64,000 nucleotides of DNA. It comes from Gammaproteobacteria bacterium (GTDB taxonomy: Bacteria; Pseudomonadota; Gammaproteobacteria; Chromatiales; Chromatiaceae). The position numbers were made by a program, and so were the translations under genes. This document shows, piece by piece, positions 1 through 10,178 of this stretch. The stretch covers positions 125-64,124 of the forward strand of contig JAGRGU010000051.1 of the NCBI GenBank assembly GCA_020445335.1. Direction: 5' to 3'. The notes below the pieces were generated by a model, which ran no database searches, had not been told where the DNA came from, and was given only the letters and a program-made list of their open reading frames with translations. Positions within the stretch are counted from its first letter, which is position 1; each line of letters opens with the position of its first letter.

Positions 1-453
1 CGGCGATTCCGCCGCGTTGCCGGCCATCTGCCCGTGGGCGATATCCTGCAGAATGGAGCCGGATGCCTGCGGGCTCACATAGAGCCTGCCTGCTGCAAGC
101 GATCCCAGCGCGGTCAGGATCTCCTCGAACGCGTTCTCTTTCACCAGATAGCCCAGAGCACCGGCCTCCAGCATCTGCTTGACGTAGCGGCTGTCGGAGT
201 ACATCGACAACGCGAGCACGCGGATATCTGGCATGGCGGCGATCAGTTGCCGCGTGGCCTCGATACCGTTCATCTCGCTCATCGCGACATCCATGATGAC
301 GATATCGGGCATCAGCTCCTTCGCCCGTTTCAGTGCTTCGCGACCGTTTCCGGCTTCGCCGACAACCTGATAGTTACCATCCTCCTCGATCAGGCTGCGC
401 AGACCTTCGCGGACGATTTTGTGATCATCGACTATCATGATTCTGCGTTTCAT
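1..453 (-). CDS. NarL/FixJ-type response regulator, receiver domain (partial; C-terminus lies beyond the window start)
   Basis: Manual minus-strand translation from the ATG at 453-451 gives MKRRIMIVDDHKIVREGLRSL..., a typical REC N-terminus. The ATG overlaps the TGA stop (452-450) of the upstream gene as ATGA. It is absent from the ORF track only because it has no stop codon inside the window. Confidence 0.75.
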   Translation of the reverse strand, partial: MKRRIMIVDDHKIVREGLRSLIEEDGNYQVVGEAGNGREALKRAKELMPDIVIMDVAMSEMNGIEATRQLIAAMPDIRVLALSMYSDSRYVKQMLEAGALGYLVKENAFEEILTALGSLAAGRLYVSPQASGSILQDIAHGQMAGNAAESP

Positions 454-1550
454 GCGTTCAGCTCCCTCGCGGTCACCGGCACCCGCAGTGTAACATGCAT
501 GCCGGCTGCGCCATCGATGAGCAGACTGCCGCCGAGCATGTCGATGCGGTCACGCAGCGCGAAGAGGCCGAAACCTCCATCTTCCAGCCGTTCGGCATCC
601 AGCTCCGTGTTGCCTATGCCGACGCCATCGTCGCGCACTTCAATCAAAAGTTCGCTGTCGTTGCTGTTGATGGCGACCGACGCCCTGCCGGCCCGCGCAT
701 GCTTGACGATGTTGATCATCAGCTCCCGGATCGCCTGGAACAGAAACACCCGGGTCTCCTCGTTCAGCCGGTTATAGGCTTCCGCGGTGTCGACACGAAA
801 CTCGATGCCCTGTTTGCCCAGGATGCTCTCCGCCAGCCACTCGACGGCGGGACCGAGTCCAAGCTCATAGAGTGCCGGAGGGCTGAGCTGAACCATCAAT
901 GTGCGCAGCTCTTTCAAAGTGGTATCGATCGCCGACCAGGCGTCATCCAGTGTCTGTTTGTCGGTGTCGGCTATGCCGGAGCGCAGTCGTCCGAGATTCA
1001 TCTTCGACAGCACCAACCGCTGCGCGGGTCCGTCGTGCAGCTCCTGGGCGATTCTGCGTCGTTCACGCTCCTCGGCCAGCACCAGTTCCGCGCTGAGACG
1101 GCGCAGGCTGTCGGTACGCTCCCTGACACGCTCCTCCAGGTGGAGATTCTGACGTTGCAGCGCACGCTGTGCGCTGCGCAGCTCCAGATGGGTATGGATG
1201 CGCGCCTTGACGATCGGCGGGCTGATCGGTTTGGCGATGTAGTCGACGGCTCCCAGACTTAGACCGAAGGTCTCTCCCTCGATATCGTCGCGCGAGGTCA
1301 GAAAGATGACCGGAATCTGCTGAATCGCAGGGTCCGCTTTGATTCGCCGGCAGGTCTCGTAGCCATCGATACCCGGCATCATCACATCGAGCAGCACCAG
1401 GTCCGCTGGATTGTCGCCTCGCAGCCTGGCAAGTCCCGCTTCGCCGCTCTTGGCGACGAGTATTCGATACTCCGGGTGAAGGATCGCGATGAGGACATCG
1501 AGATAGAGGTTCTCGTCATCGATGATCAGAATTTTCGGCTTATCCTTCAT
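450..1550 (-). CDS. Hybrid protein: N-terminal receiver (REC) domain fused to a HisKA_3/HATPase_c (NarX/DesK-type) histidine kinase
   Basis: REC motifs ILIIDDE and LLDVMMPGIDG. H-box-like ERRRIAQELHDGPAQ. ATPase motifs VRDDGVGI and GGFGLFALRDR. Confidence 0.85.
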   Translation of the reverse strand: MKDKPKILIIDDENLYLDVLIAILHPEYRILVAKSGEAGLARLRGDNPADLVLLDVMMPGIDGYETCRRIKADPAIQQIPVIFLTSRDDIEGETFGLSLGAVDYIAKPISPPIVKARIHTHLELRSAQRALQRQNLHLEERVRERTDSLRRLSAELVLAEERERRRIAQELHDGPAQRLVLSKMNLGRLRSGIADTDKQTLDDAWSAIDTTLKELRTLMVQLSPPALYELGLGPAVEWLAESILGKQGIEFRVDTAEAYNRLNEETRVFLFQAIRELMINIVKHARAGRASVAINSNDSELLIEVRDDGVGIGNTELDAERLEDGGFGLFALRDRIDMLGGSLLIDGAAGMHVTLRVPVTARELNA

Positions 1551-1567
1551 GGCGGCGCTCCTGCAGA

Positions 1568-4500
1568 TCAGCCGGCGGTAGGGCTGTCGTCGCTGCCCGC
1601 TTCGAGCCTGCTGCGCAGCTGGGCCAATGTCTCCCGGGCGGCCTCGAAATCGTAGTTTCGGACCCGGCGCTCGAGTTCTGTCAGCAGCGGCGCTCTAGTG
1701 TCGCTCATCAGATTGGTGGCGAGCGCCGACACAAGCTCTATCGCCTCGGCATCACCCACTTCCAGCAGGCTTGTCAGTGCCGCGATACGCATCTCGGTTT
1801 CGCTCTCCGGCAATGGCACCACCGCGCTCTGCGCTGCACTGTCGGTTGGGCACGAGGCGACGAAGCGCTGTACGTCAGCCAGTGCCAGCTCGAGCGCCGG
1901 TTTGAATTTGGCCAATCCGAATCCAACCGCCTCCAGGTCACCCAGTCGTGCTTTACGGTCGAGTTCTGCTGCTGACTCCTGCAGCGCGGTAGCGCCGATA
2001 TTGCCGGCGACACCCTTGAGAGAATGCAGCAATCGTTCGGCAGCCGCTTGATCGCCATCCTGGCAGAGCAGCTCGAGCCGTTGAGCCGCGTCACGGTACT
2101 GCACCGCGAAATCCCTCAGCAAGCGGCCAAACAGTTCGCGATTACCCCCCACCCGCATCTCACCGATGGCGAAATCTATGCCTGCTTTGTGCCGGTATCC
2201 GCTAGCGCCAATCGCAGCGGAAGGGCCGGCTGCGATTGGGGAGGGAGTGCGTTGTCCACCATGCTCCGCCGAGGGGGGGGCTCGATCGGACGCGGAGGGG
2301 GCGTCATCCGCAGCCTGGTCATCGGGTCCAAGCCAGGCGGCAAGTGTCGCGTGCAGAACCTCGGGGTCGACGGGTTTGGCGATATGCCCGTTCATGCCGG
2401 CTTCGAGCGAACGCTCCGCATCGCCGGCCATCGCGTTCGCGGTCATGGCCACGATCGGCAGCGCGCCCATGCCCGCCATTTTGCGGATCTCGGCAGTGGT
2501 TTCGTAGCCGTCCATGTCGGGCATCTGAATATCCATCAGCACCAGATCCGGGCGTCTTGCCCGAATCCGTGCCAGTGCCTGTCGGCCGTTTTCGCAGACG
2601 CAGACGTCAACCCCCATCTGCTCGAGAAGTTCCCGTGCAACCTGCTGGTTGATCAGATTGTCCTCGACCAGCAACACCTCACCGCGCAGATCGCCCGGCA
2701 ACTCATGCCCAGTGTGCGATTCCAGGCGGCCATCGACCGGCTCCGGATTTGTCTGTTGAATCGCCTGGTTGATGCTGTCCACCAAGTGCGAAGGCGTGAT
2801 CGGTTTTATCAGGAAGCCGTCGATTCCGGAGAGATCGAGCGCCTGCTCGACGGCTTCACGACCGTATGCGGTCATCATGATGATACGTGGCCGATGCGCC
2901 AGTTCGGCAGCCTCTATCCTGCGTGCGGTCTCGAAGCCGTCCATCTCCGGCATGCGCCAGTCGAGCAGCACCAGGTCGTAGACCCTGGTCTGATCCTTCA
3001 GCTTCTCCAGCGCCGGTGTGCCGCCGGTCGCCACATCCACACGGAACGACAGCGAGAGCAGCAAGTCGGCGAGAACCTGGCGCGCAATCGAATTGTCGTC
3101 GACCAGCAGCACCCGGAGCCCTTCGATATGCGAGGCCGGGCGCACTCTCGACTCGCTGGAGGCCACTCCGAACGGTATCTCGAGCTCGAACCTGCTGCCT
3201 TCGCCGGGTCGGCTGTGCGCCTCAAGCGTTCCCCCCATCAGCTGCGACAGCTGGCGGCAGATCGATAGCCCCAGACCGGTGCCGCCGTATTCGCGTGTGG
3301 TCGAGCCGTCGGCCTGGATGAACGGGGCGAAGAGATGATCCAGCTGGTCGGGCGCGATACCTATGCCGGTGTCCACCACCGTGAATCGGATCCGCGTCGG
3401 ATCTTTGCTCCGTACCGAGCGGATGCGTACCACAATGCCACCATCGCTGGTGAATTTGGTGGCGTTGCCCACCAGGTTGGTCAGGATCTGGGTGAGCCGA
3501 TGCGGGTCGCCGCGCAGTCTGGAGGGGACCGCGGGTTCTATGTCATAAAGAAACTCGACCGGTTTCTCCGCAAGCTGGGTGCTTGCCAGTGTGGCGATGT
3601 TGTCGAGCACGTCGTTGAGTTCGAAATCGATCTCTTCGATCCGCAGCTGACCGGCCTCAATTTTCGAGAAGTCCAGAATGTCGTCGATGATGTTGAGCAG
3701 CGAGCGGGCCGAGATCTGGATCTTGCCGAGGTAGTCCTGCTGTTTCGGTGTCAGCGTGGTGCGGTTGAGCAGGTGTCCCAGTCCTACGATCGCATTCATC
3801 GGGGTGCGGATCTCATGGCTCATGTTGGCCAGGAACCGCCCCTTGAAACGATTGGCCTCCTCGGCCTGCTCCTTGGCCTGCGCCAGGGCTCTCTCCATCC
3901 TGCGTCGTTCGCTGATGTTCACGACCACGCCGAGCAGGGCAGGCTGCGAATCGAAGACGATGGGTATCGCCGACAACAGTCCGTCGATCCTGTCTCCGGC
4001 ATCCGTCCGATAGCGGATCTCCATGCCGAGCACCTGACCGTCCTGGCGTAGTCGCGCCTGCACCGCCAGGCGCTGATCGGGGTCGGCATAGTAGTCGCCG
4101 GTCTGCCGGCCGACCAGAGAGCGGCCGCCACCGAACACGTTTTCCGCCTCCGGATTGGCGAGCAGAATCCCGCCCGCCGGGTCACTGATGGCGACCGAGA
4201 CCGGCAGGGCATTCAACACCCGTTCGAACTGCTTCTCCGCCTCTTTGCGGTCGGTTATGTCCCAGTTCACCCCGAACAGCTGGTCGGCATCCCCAGAGCT
4301 GCTCTTGATGGCGGTAACCGCAGCGTAGATGTAACGCAGTGTGCCATCGGAGTGATAGGCGCGAAAGTCGGCGTAGGCATCGCCGCCGTCTGTCAATGCT
4401 TTGCGGATACTCGCGGTAACGCGCTCGCGATCCTCGGGGTGAACCAGCTTCAGCCACCTTCGCACCGGGATCCGGTCACACCGCTCGAGACCGTAGATCT

Positions 4501-6661
4501 CGAACATCCGGTCGTCGAACAGCAGATAGTTGGAGCCATCGGCGGCACGCTCCCATACTCCGAGCGTGATCGCCTTGGCAGCCAAGGAGAAGCGCTCGTT
4601 TGCCGCCATCAGGCTCTGGTTCAGGCGTCGGATATCGATCTCTGCCTGCTTGCGCTGCGTGATATCGCTGTGAATGCCCAGTGCCCGCACCGCATTGCCT
4701 TCGCTGTCCCTGCTGAATACATGGCCCCGCGACAGAATCCAGCGATAGCTGCCGTCCTTGCAGCGCAGTCTGAACTCCTGTTCATACTTGGTATCTGGAT
4801 CCTTCAGCATCTGCTGATTGTTTGCGAGTGTGGCCTCCCTGTCGTCCGGATGCAGCAGATCGTGGAACGTCTCGAAGGTATGCGGAAGCTCATTCGGACC
4901 ATATCCCAGCATCGACATCCACAGTGGGCTGTAGAAGACCCGGTCGGTGACCGCGTTCCAGTCCCACAGACCGACCGAGGCCGCGTCAAGCGCGAGCTGG
5001 AATCGCTCCTCGCTGATGCGCAAACGCTCTTTCTGGCGGCGAATCGAGTAGGCCCAGAGCAGAATCACCGCCAGCATCGAGATGGCGAAAACCGCGACGA
5101 TGGCGAGGCGGCGATAGTCGGTCTGGACGGCGAATCTCTGCCGCCCCCAGGTATCCAGAATCTGTTGCTTTCTGCCCTTGTCGATCGAGTCCATCGCCCG
5201 GTTCAGCAGAGGAACCAGCGGCGCGAGCGATTTACGCACGCCGAGACCGAGCCGGGTGTCGAACTCGGTCTTGCCGACGATGCGCACGTTGTTGATGCCG
5301 AGTTCTCCTATGTGGTAACTGGCCTGCGCCAGGGTGGCCAGGAGCGCATCGACTTTGCCGGTGGAGACCGCTGCCAAGCCATCCTGGATCGAATCGACGC
5401 TCTGATAATCGAGCCGCGGATACTTCTCGCGAATCTGTGGGAGATAGCCATATTGCCTGATGACGGCAATGCGTCGGTCGGCGATCTGGCTGATGTTCTC
5501 GATATACCCGGTCTCCTCCTTCATGACGATGACGACAGGGCTGGAGAGGTAGGGCTTGGTGAAGCTGAAGAACTCCGTGAGTTCCGAAGTGTCGGTCTCG
5601 GAGATAACATCGATTTCTCCACCGATCGCTTTGGCGACCGACTCGCTCCAGGTCTCGGTAGGGACGAATTCGAACCTCATCCCCAGTTTCTCCTGCACCA
5701 GTTTCAGATGCTCGGCAGCGATGCCGATATAATTTCCCTGCGGGTCCAATGCCTCGTAAGGCAGCCAGTTGGGATCTCCGGCGAAGCGGATCGGGCTGTG
5801 CTCCGCAAGCCACGACCGTTCTTCGGCGGTCATTTCGACTCGCACGGCACCGGCGCCGGCGCCCAGCCATCTGCGCCGGATCTCGAGTATCTTCGGATCG
5901 GGAATGGATGCCAGCGCCTTGTTTATGATGCTGCCCAGTATCGGCCAATCGCTGCGCACCGCCAGACGCAGACTGTTATCCCCAAACTCCGCCGGCGTAT
6001 ACGCCGCCCTCAGATTGGTCAGCGCGTTCTGCTCGGCGATCCATTTGGTGGAACCCTCATTACCGATATAGGCGTCGGCGCGGCCACTGGAGAGCGCTTT
6101 AAGCGCATCCGCGGTAGTCTCAACCGGCAGCAGCCTGATCTGCGAAAACCCCCTTGCGAGCTGCTCGTGCAGACTGTACTGGTTCTCTATCACCACGGTT
6201 CGCCGGTTCAGATCCTGCATGCTGTTGATCGGATCGCTCTCCTGGCGGGTGAATACGACGATCGCGGGGGAGACGTAGGGGTCGCTGAAGAGCAGGAATT
6301 TCTCGCGCTCCGGGGTCTGTACGATGCTGGAAAGCAGGTCGATCTCGCGCCTGCGCGTGCGCTCCAGCGTCTCTACCCAGCTGCTGTTAGGGAGCAGGCG
6401 GAACTCTATCCCCAGCCGCTGTTCGACCAGTTTCAGAATATCGGCGCTCAGTCCCTGCAGTCTGCCGTATTGGTCGATGAACTCATAGGGAGGCCAGTTA
6501 CTCTCCGTCGCGTGGCGAATAACGGGGTGATCACGCAGCCATTGTTGCTCCTGCTGCGTCAGCTCCAGGGGGGAGGGCTGGCTCTCCTGCACCGCCGGCA
6601 CCGGCAGCGACACGCCGGCAAGCAAAGCCATGGTTAAAAGCAACTGGAGCAAGCGGTTCAT
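1568..6661 (-). CDS. Giant BvgS/EvgS-like hybrid sensor kinase: 2x periplasmic SBP_bac_3-like, TM, multiple PAS, HisKA, HATPase, 2x REC, HPt
   Basis: Two repeats of the 'W(L)..HP(V/I)R.....NWPPYE' type. TM segment LAIVAVFAISMLAVILLWAY. H-box FLANMSHEIRTPMNAI and GTGLGLSI. Two DD...D..MP.MDG receiver domains. HPt motif HSLKGVAGNIGA. The start is set at MNRLLQLLL (signal-like); the ORF could also start at 6706. Confidence 0.85.
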   Translation of the reverse strand: MNRLLQLLLTMALLAGVSLPVPAVQESQPSPLELTQQEQQWLRDHPVIRHATESNWPPYEFIDQYGRLQGLSADILKLVEQRLGIEFRLLPNSSWVETLERTRRREIDLLSSIVQTPEREKFLLFSDPYVSPAIVVFTRQESDPINSMQDLNRRTVVIENQYSLHEQLARGFSQIRLLPVETTADALKALSSGRADAYIGNEGSTKWIAEQNALTNLRAAYTPAEFGDNSLRLAVRSDWPILGSIINKALASIPDPKILEIRRRWLGAGAGAVRVEMTAEERSWLAEHSPIRFAGDPNWLPYEALDPQGNYIGIAAEHLKLVQEKLGMRFEFVPTETWSESVAKAIGGEIDVISETDTSELTEFFSFTKPYLSSPVVIVMKEETGYIENISQIADRRIAVIRQYGYLPQIREKYPRLDYQSVDSIQDGLAAVSTGKVDALLATLAQASYHIGELGINNVRIVGKTEFDTRLGLGVRKSLAPLVPLLNRAMDSIDKGRKQQILDTWGRQRFAVQTDYRRLAIVAVFAISMLAVILLWAYSIRRQKERLRISEERFQLALDAASVGLWDWNAVTDRVFYSPLWMSMLGYGPNELPHTFETFHDLLHPDDREATLANNQQMLKDPDTKYEQEFRLRCKDGSYRWILSRGHVFSRDSEGNAVRALGIHSDITQRKQAEIDIRRLNQSLMAANERFSLAAKAITLGVWERAADGSNYLLFDDRMFEIYGLERCDRIPVRRWLKLVHPEDRERVTASIRKALTDGGDAYADFRAYHSDGTLRYIYAAVTAIKSSSGDADQLFGVNWDITDRKEAEKQFERVLNALPVSVAISDPAGGILLANPEAENVFGGGRSLVGRQTGDYYADPDQRLAVQARLRQDGQVLGMEIRYRTDAGDRIDGLLSAIPIVFDSQPALLGVVVNISERRRMERALAQAKEQAEEANRFKGRFLANMSHEIRTPMNAIVGLGHLLNRTTLTPKQQDYLGKIQISARSLLNIIDDILDFSKIEAGQLRIEEIDFELNDVLDNIATLASTQLAEKPVEFLYDIEPAVPSRLRGDPHRLTQILTNLVGNATKFTSDGGIVVRIRSVRSKDPTRIRFTVVDTGIGIAPDQLDHLFAPFIQADGSTTREYGGTGLGLSICRQLSQLMGGTLEAHSRPGEGSRFELEIPFGVASSESRVRPASHIEGLRVLLVDDNSIARQVLADLLLSLSFRVDVATGGTPALEKLKDQTRVYDLVLLDWRMPEMDGFETARRIEAAELAHRPRIIMMTAYGREAVEQALDLSGIDGFLIKPITPSHLVDSINQAIQQTNPEPVDGRLESHTGHELPGDLRGEVLLVEDNLINQQVARELLEQMGVDVCVCENGRQALARIRARRPDLVLMDIQMPDMDGYETTAEIRKMAGMGALPIVAMTANAMAGDAERSLEAGMNGHIAKPVDPEVLHATLAAWLGPDDQAADDAPSASDRAPPSAEHGGQRTPSPIAAGPSAAIGASGYRHKAGIDFAIGEMRVGGNRELFGRLLRDFAVQYRDAAQRLELLCQDGDQAAAERLLHSLKGVAGNIGATALQESAAELDRKARLGDLEAVGFGLAKFKPALELALADVQRFVASCPTDSAAQSAVVPLPESETEMRIAALTSLLEVGDAEAIELVSALATNLMSDTRAPLLTELERRVRNYDFEAARETLAQLRSRLEAGSDDSPTAG

Positions 6662-6752
6662 ACTCTGAAACGGAACGTGGAAGCGGGTCTTATCCTGTTT
6701 GCGCATGCGCGTATCGCGCCCAGTATACGTTACTGTTTCCGCAACCGCGCTT

Positions 6753-7709
6753 TCATGAAAGTGTCATTTCCCAGGGTGACACGGCTTCGGGCTCCTGTTG
6801 CATCGTCACCCGGGCGTGCAACTGCCCGGCAAACAGCTCCATCAACAGCTCCACCTGCGGCAGATTGGTGTAGTTCGGGCGGGTGATGAAGGCTATGCGC
6901 CGATGGGGTCCCGGCTCCTCGAGCGGGATGGACTTCAGCTCCCGGTTGCTCCCCAGCAGTTGCGGCAGCGCCATCTCCGGCACCAGCGTCGTGCCCATTC
7001 TGCCGGCAACCATCTGTATGAGCGTATTGAGGCTGGTGGAGGCGAGAGAGTCGTCGGTTCCGCCGGAGCGAAGCCGACAGGCAGCCAGCGCATGGTCTTT
7101 CAGACAGTGGCCGTCGCTCAACAGCATCAGGCGCGACGCCTTGAGCGCCTCCTGGGTGATCTTTTCAGGAGGGATCCAGCTGTCGTCGCGGTGACAGATC
7201 CAGTGAAAATTCTCCTGCCAGAACTCGAAAGCCAGCAACCCATCGGTGGCGTAGGGTAGCGCGAGAATAGCCGTATCCAGGTCGCCCTGCCTGACCATCT
7301 CGACCAGCTGGCGCGACTGCTCTTCGTAGATGCGCAGTTTGAACTGCGGATAGCGGCGGCGTACCTCGGGAAGCACCCTCGGCAGCAGATAGGGACCGAT
7401 GGTCGGAATCACCCCGAGCGACATCGGGTGGCTCAGCGGCCGCTTCAGTGATGCACCGAGCGCTTCGAGATCGTCGACCCGGAGTTTGATCTCGCGCGCC
7501 TGATCCAGACAGCGCCTCCCCAGTGCGGTGAGCAGCACCTTCTTGTTGTCGCGTTCGAATATCTGAAAACCCAGCTGTCGCTCCATCTCTGCCACTGCGC
7601 TGCTGAGCGCCGACTGCGAGATCGCACAGCGCTCTGCCGCCCGCTTGAAATTCAATGTTCTTTCGACCGCCAGAATATAGCGGATCTGTTTCAGCGAAAT
7701 CATCATCAA
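6753..7709 (-). CDS. oxyR: LysR-family redox regulator OxyR
   Basis: LysR helix-turn-helix N-terminus. SDGHCLKDHALAAC matches the OxyR redox Cys pair context (GHCLRD...C). The gene is divergent from ahpC. Confidence 0.85.
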   Translation of the reverse strand: MMMISLKQIRYILAVERTLNFKRAAERCAISQSALSSAVAEMERQLGFQIFERDNKKVLLTALGRRCLDQAREIKLRVDDLEALGASLKRPLSHPMSLGVIPTIGPYLLPRVLPEVRRRYPQFKLRIYEEQSRQLVEMVRQGDLDTAILALPYATDGLLAFEFWQENFHWICHRDDSWIPPEKITQEALKASRLMLLSDGHCLKDHALAACRLRSGGTDDSLASTSLNTLIQMVAGRMGTTLVPEMALPQLLGSNRELKSIPLEEPGPHRRIAFITRPNYTNLPQVELLMELFAGQLHARVTMQQEPEAVSPWEMTLS

Positions 7710-7851
7710 TGATCAAAATAATCGAACATAAAAATCAATTTAATTCGATTTAATGAGATAAGCAAGCTCGATAAGCTCTCTTCCATGGTTCGGCGGGGTC
7801 CGACCAGAAAACTTTCAGACTGAGATTCAACGAATTTAAGAGGAGCCAACC
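7710..7851. promoter_or_regulatory. AT-rich divergent oxyR/ahpC control region with a 7-bp inverted repeat (AATCGAA at 7720-7726, TTCGATT at 7744-7750)
   Basis: This stretch is markedly AT-rich in a GC-rich genome and lies between divergent oxyR and ahpC. The inverted repeat was read directly. Promoter boxes were not resolved. Confidence 0.4.
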
Positions 7852-8415
7852 ATGGCCATGATCAACAAAACCATACCCGAATTCAAAGCCGAAGCCTTCC
7901 ACAACGGCGAGTTCAAAACCATCACCACCGCCGACGTACTGGGCAAGTGGTCGATCTTCATCTTCTACCCGGCAGACTTCACCTTCGTCTGCCCGACCGA
8001 GCTCGAGGATATGGCCAACCAGTACCGGGAGTTGCAGGCGCTGGGCGTCGAGGTCTACTCGGTATCGACGGATACCCACTACGTCCACAAGGCGTGGCAT
8101 GACGCCAGCGAGGCGATCGGCAAGATCGAGTTCCCGATGATCGGCGATCCCACAGGCGCGATCACCCGCGGCTTCGACGTGATGATCGAAGAGGAGGCGG
8201 TGGCGCTGCGCGGCACCTTCCTGGCAAACCCGGAAGGAGTCGTCAAGGTGGCGGAGATTCACGATCTGGGTATTGGCCGCTCGGCCAAAGACATGCTGCG
8301 CAAGGTGAAGGCGGCGCAGTACGTCGCCGAGCACGACGGTGAGGTCTGTCCGGCGGCCTGGGAGGCGGGACAGGCCACTTTGAAGCCCAGCCTGGATCTG
8401 GTCGGCAAGATCTGA
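7852..8415 (+). CDS. ahpC: Alkyl hydroperoxide reductase subunit C (2-Cys peroxiredoxin)
   Basis: [14 protein letters not shown] peroxidatic Cys motif, C-terminal EVCPAAW resolving Cys, 187 aa. A strong SD (AAGAGGAG) precedes the ATG. Confidence 0.95.
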   Translation: MAMINKTIPEFKAEAFHNGEFKTITTADVLGKWSIFIFYPADFTFVCPTELEDMANQYRELQALGVEVYSVSTDTHYVHKAWHDASEAIGKIEFPMIGDPTGAITRGFDVMIEEEAVALRGTFLANPEGVVKVAEIHDLGIGRSAKDMLRKVKAAQYVAEHDGEVCPAAWEAGQATLKPSLDLVGKI

Positions 8416-8484
8416 ACGTGACGTGAGCTGAACATGCGGGTGGGCGGCTACCCCGTCCACCCGCGACAACCGGAGTCGATAAGC

Positions 8485-10062
8485 ATGTTAACCAAAGAGA
8501 TAAAAGAGGCCCTGATGGGCTACACCGCCAATATGCAGAATGACGTGGCCTTCGTCGTGCAGATCGGCGAACACGAAAAACGCACTGAGCTGCTGCAGTT
8601 TCTAAACGAGTTCGCCAAGGTTTCTCCCCGCTTGAGCGTGGTCGAACGCGACCAACCTCAGCAGCTGCGCAGCCCGATCAGCTTCATGCTCGAAGTCGAC
8701 GGCAGGCCCAGCGGAATCCTCTTCTCCGGCATACCCGCCGGGCACGAGTTCAACTCGCTGGTACTGGCGGTGCTGCATGCGTCGGGTACGCCATCGAAGA
8801 TGGACGAACAGGTGAAGGGGGTGGTCGGGGCAGCCCGCCGGCCGCTCGATTTCGAGGTCTACGTCGGCCTCAGCTGCCACAACTGCCCGGACGTGGTGCA
8901 GGCGCTCAACCAGTTCGCGCTGCTCAATGGCAACATCAGCAGTGAGATGATCGACGGCGGCCTCTTCCCCGAGCTGGTCGAAACCAAGGGGATTCAGGGG
9001 GTACCGGCGGTCTACCTCAACGGTGAGGTCTTCGCCAACGGCAAGGTGGATACCGCCCGGCTGTTGCAGAAGCTGCTCGAGCGCTACCCCGACCTGCGCG
9101 AAGCGCGCTCGGCCGAGTCTCTGCCGCAGCAGGATGTCACCGTGATCGGCGGCGGCCCTGCGGGCGTGTCGGCGGCGATCTACGCGGCGCGCAAGGGGCT
9201 CAGTGTGACGGTGATTGCGGACCGGCTAGGAGGTCAGGTCAAGGATACGATGGCGATCGAGAATCTGATCTCGGTGCCGAGTACCACCGGACCGGAGCTG
9301 GCGCAGGCACTGCAGACGCACCTGCTGGAGCACGAGGTCAGCCTGCGCGAGCATTTCCGTGTCGAACGCGTCGAATCCGGCGAGGTGAAACGGGTACACC
9401 TGTCATCGGGCGAGGTGATCGAAACCCGTGCGCTGATCGTCGCCAGCGGCGCCAAATGGCGCGAGCTGGGGGTGCCGGGCGAGCGTGAGAACATCGGCAA
9501 TGGTGTCGCCTACTGCCCGCACTGCGACGGCCCGTTTTTCAAGGGTCGCGATGTGGCGGTCATCGGCGGTGGCAACTCGGGCATCGAAGCGGCGCTGGAT
9601 CTGGCGGGTATCGTCCGCTCGGTGACCGTAATCGAGTACCTGCCTGAGCTGAAGGCCGACCAGGTGCTGCTCGACAAGCTGCGGAGCGTCGCCAACATAC
9701 GCGTCGTGACCAACGCCGCGACCCGTCGGATCATCGCTACGGAGGGTAAGGTCAGCTCGATCGAGTATCAGTCGCGCGCGACCGGGGCGGTCCAGCAACT
9801 GGCGCTCTCCGGGGTGTTCGTGCAGATCGGCCTTGTGCCCAACAGCGATTTCCTGCGCGATCTGGTGGAACTCACGGCCCATGGCGAAGTGGTGATCGAC
9901 GAACGTGGACGAACCTCGGAAGCTGGAATATTCGCTTGCGGCGACGTCACCACGGTGCCGTACAAGCAGATTGTCGTGGCGATGGGTGAGGGTGCCAAGG
10001 CGGCACTTGCAGCGTTCGACTACCTCTTGCTGCGGCCACAACCGGTGGAGCAGGCCGCCTGA
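8485..10062 (+). CDS. ahpF: Alkyl hydroperoxide reductase subunit F
   Basis: CHNCPDV and CPHCDGP redox centres, GGGPAG FAD motif, located immediately after ahpC. The start was moved to the ATG at 8485 (MLTKEIKEAL); the ORF-track start at 8434 adds an implausible leader. Confidence 0.9.
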   Translation: MLTKEIKEALMGYTANMQNDVAFVVQIGEHEKRTELLQFLNEFAKVSPRLSVVERDQPQQLRSPISFMLEVDGRPSGILFSGIPAGHEFNSLVLAVLHASGTPSKMDEQVKGVVGAARRPLDFEVYVGLSCHNCPDVVQALNQFALLNGNISSEMIDGGLFPELVETKGIQGVPAVYLNGEVFANGKVDTARLLQKLLERYPDLREARSAESLPQQDVTVIGGGPAGVSAAIYAARKGLSVTVIADRLGGQVKDTMAIENLISVPSTTGPELAQALQTHLLEHEVSLREHFRVERVESGEVKRVHLSSGEVIETRALIVASGAKWRELGVPGERENIGNGVAYCPHCDGPFFKGRDVAVIGGGNSGIEAALDLAGIVRSVTVIEYLPELKADQVLLDKLRSVANIRVVTNAATRRIIATEGKVSSIEYQSRATGAVQQLALSGVFVQIGLVPNSDFLRDLVELTAHGEVVIDERGRTSEAGIFACGDVTTVPYKQIVVAMGEGAKAALAAFDYLLLRPQPVEQAA

Positions 10063-10065
10063 GGT

Positions 10066-10104
10066 CCGGCCCGCCCTTTGCCGGCGGGGAGAGAGGGCGG
10101 GCCG
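10066..10104 (+). terminator. GC-rich 12-bp-stem hairpin after ahpF (CCGGCCCGCCCT...AGGGCGGGCCGG), no U-tract
   Basis: A perfect 12-bp inverted repeat was read directly 4 nt after the ahpF stop. The lack of a T-run makes intrinsic-terminator function uncertain. Confidence 0.4.
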
Positions 10105-10178
10105 GTCGGGCGTTGGACAAAGCCCCCGTTGCGGTTAGTATTGGAGCCAATAACAACGCGACAATCTAACCGGACAAC

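Noticed and set aside
4352-6637. 761-aa plus-strand ORF.
   Set aside because: It is entirely antisense to the well-supported giant sensor kinase gene. Its composition (R/A/G/L/Q-rich, no motifs) is typical of shadow ORFs in high-G+C DNA.
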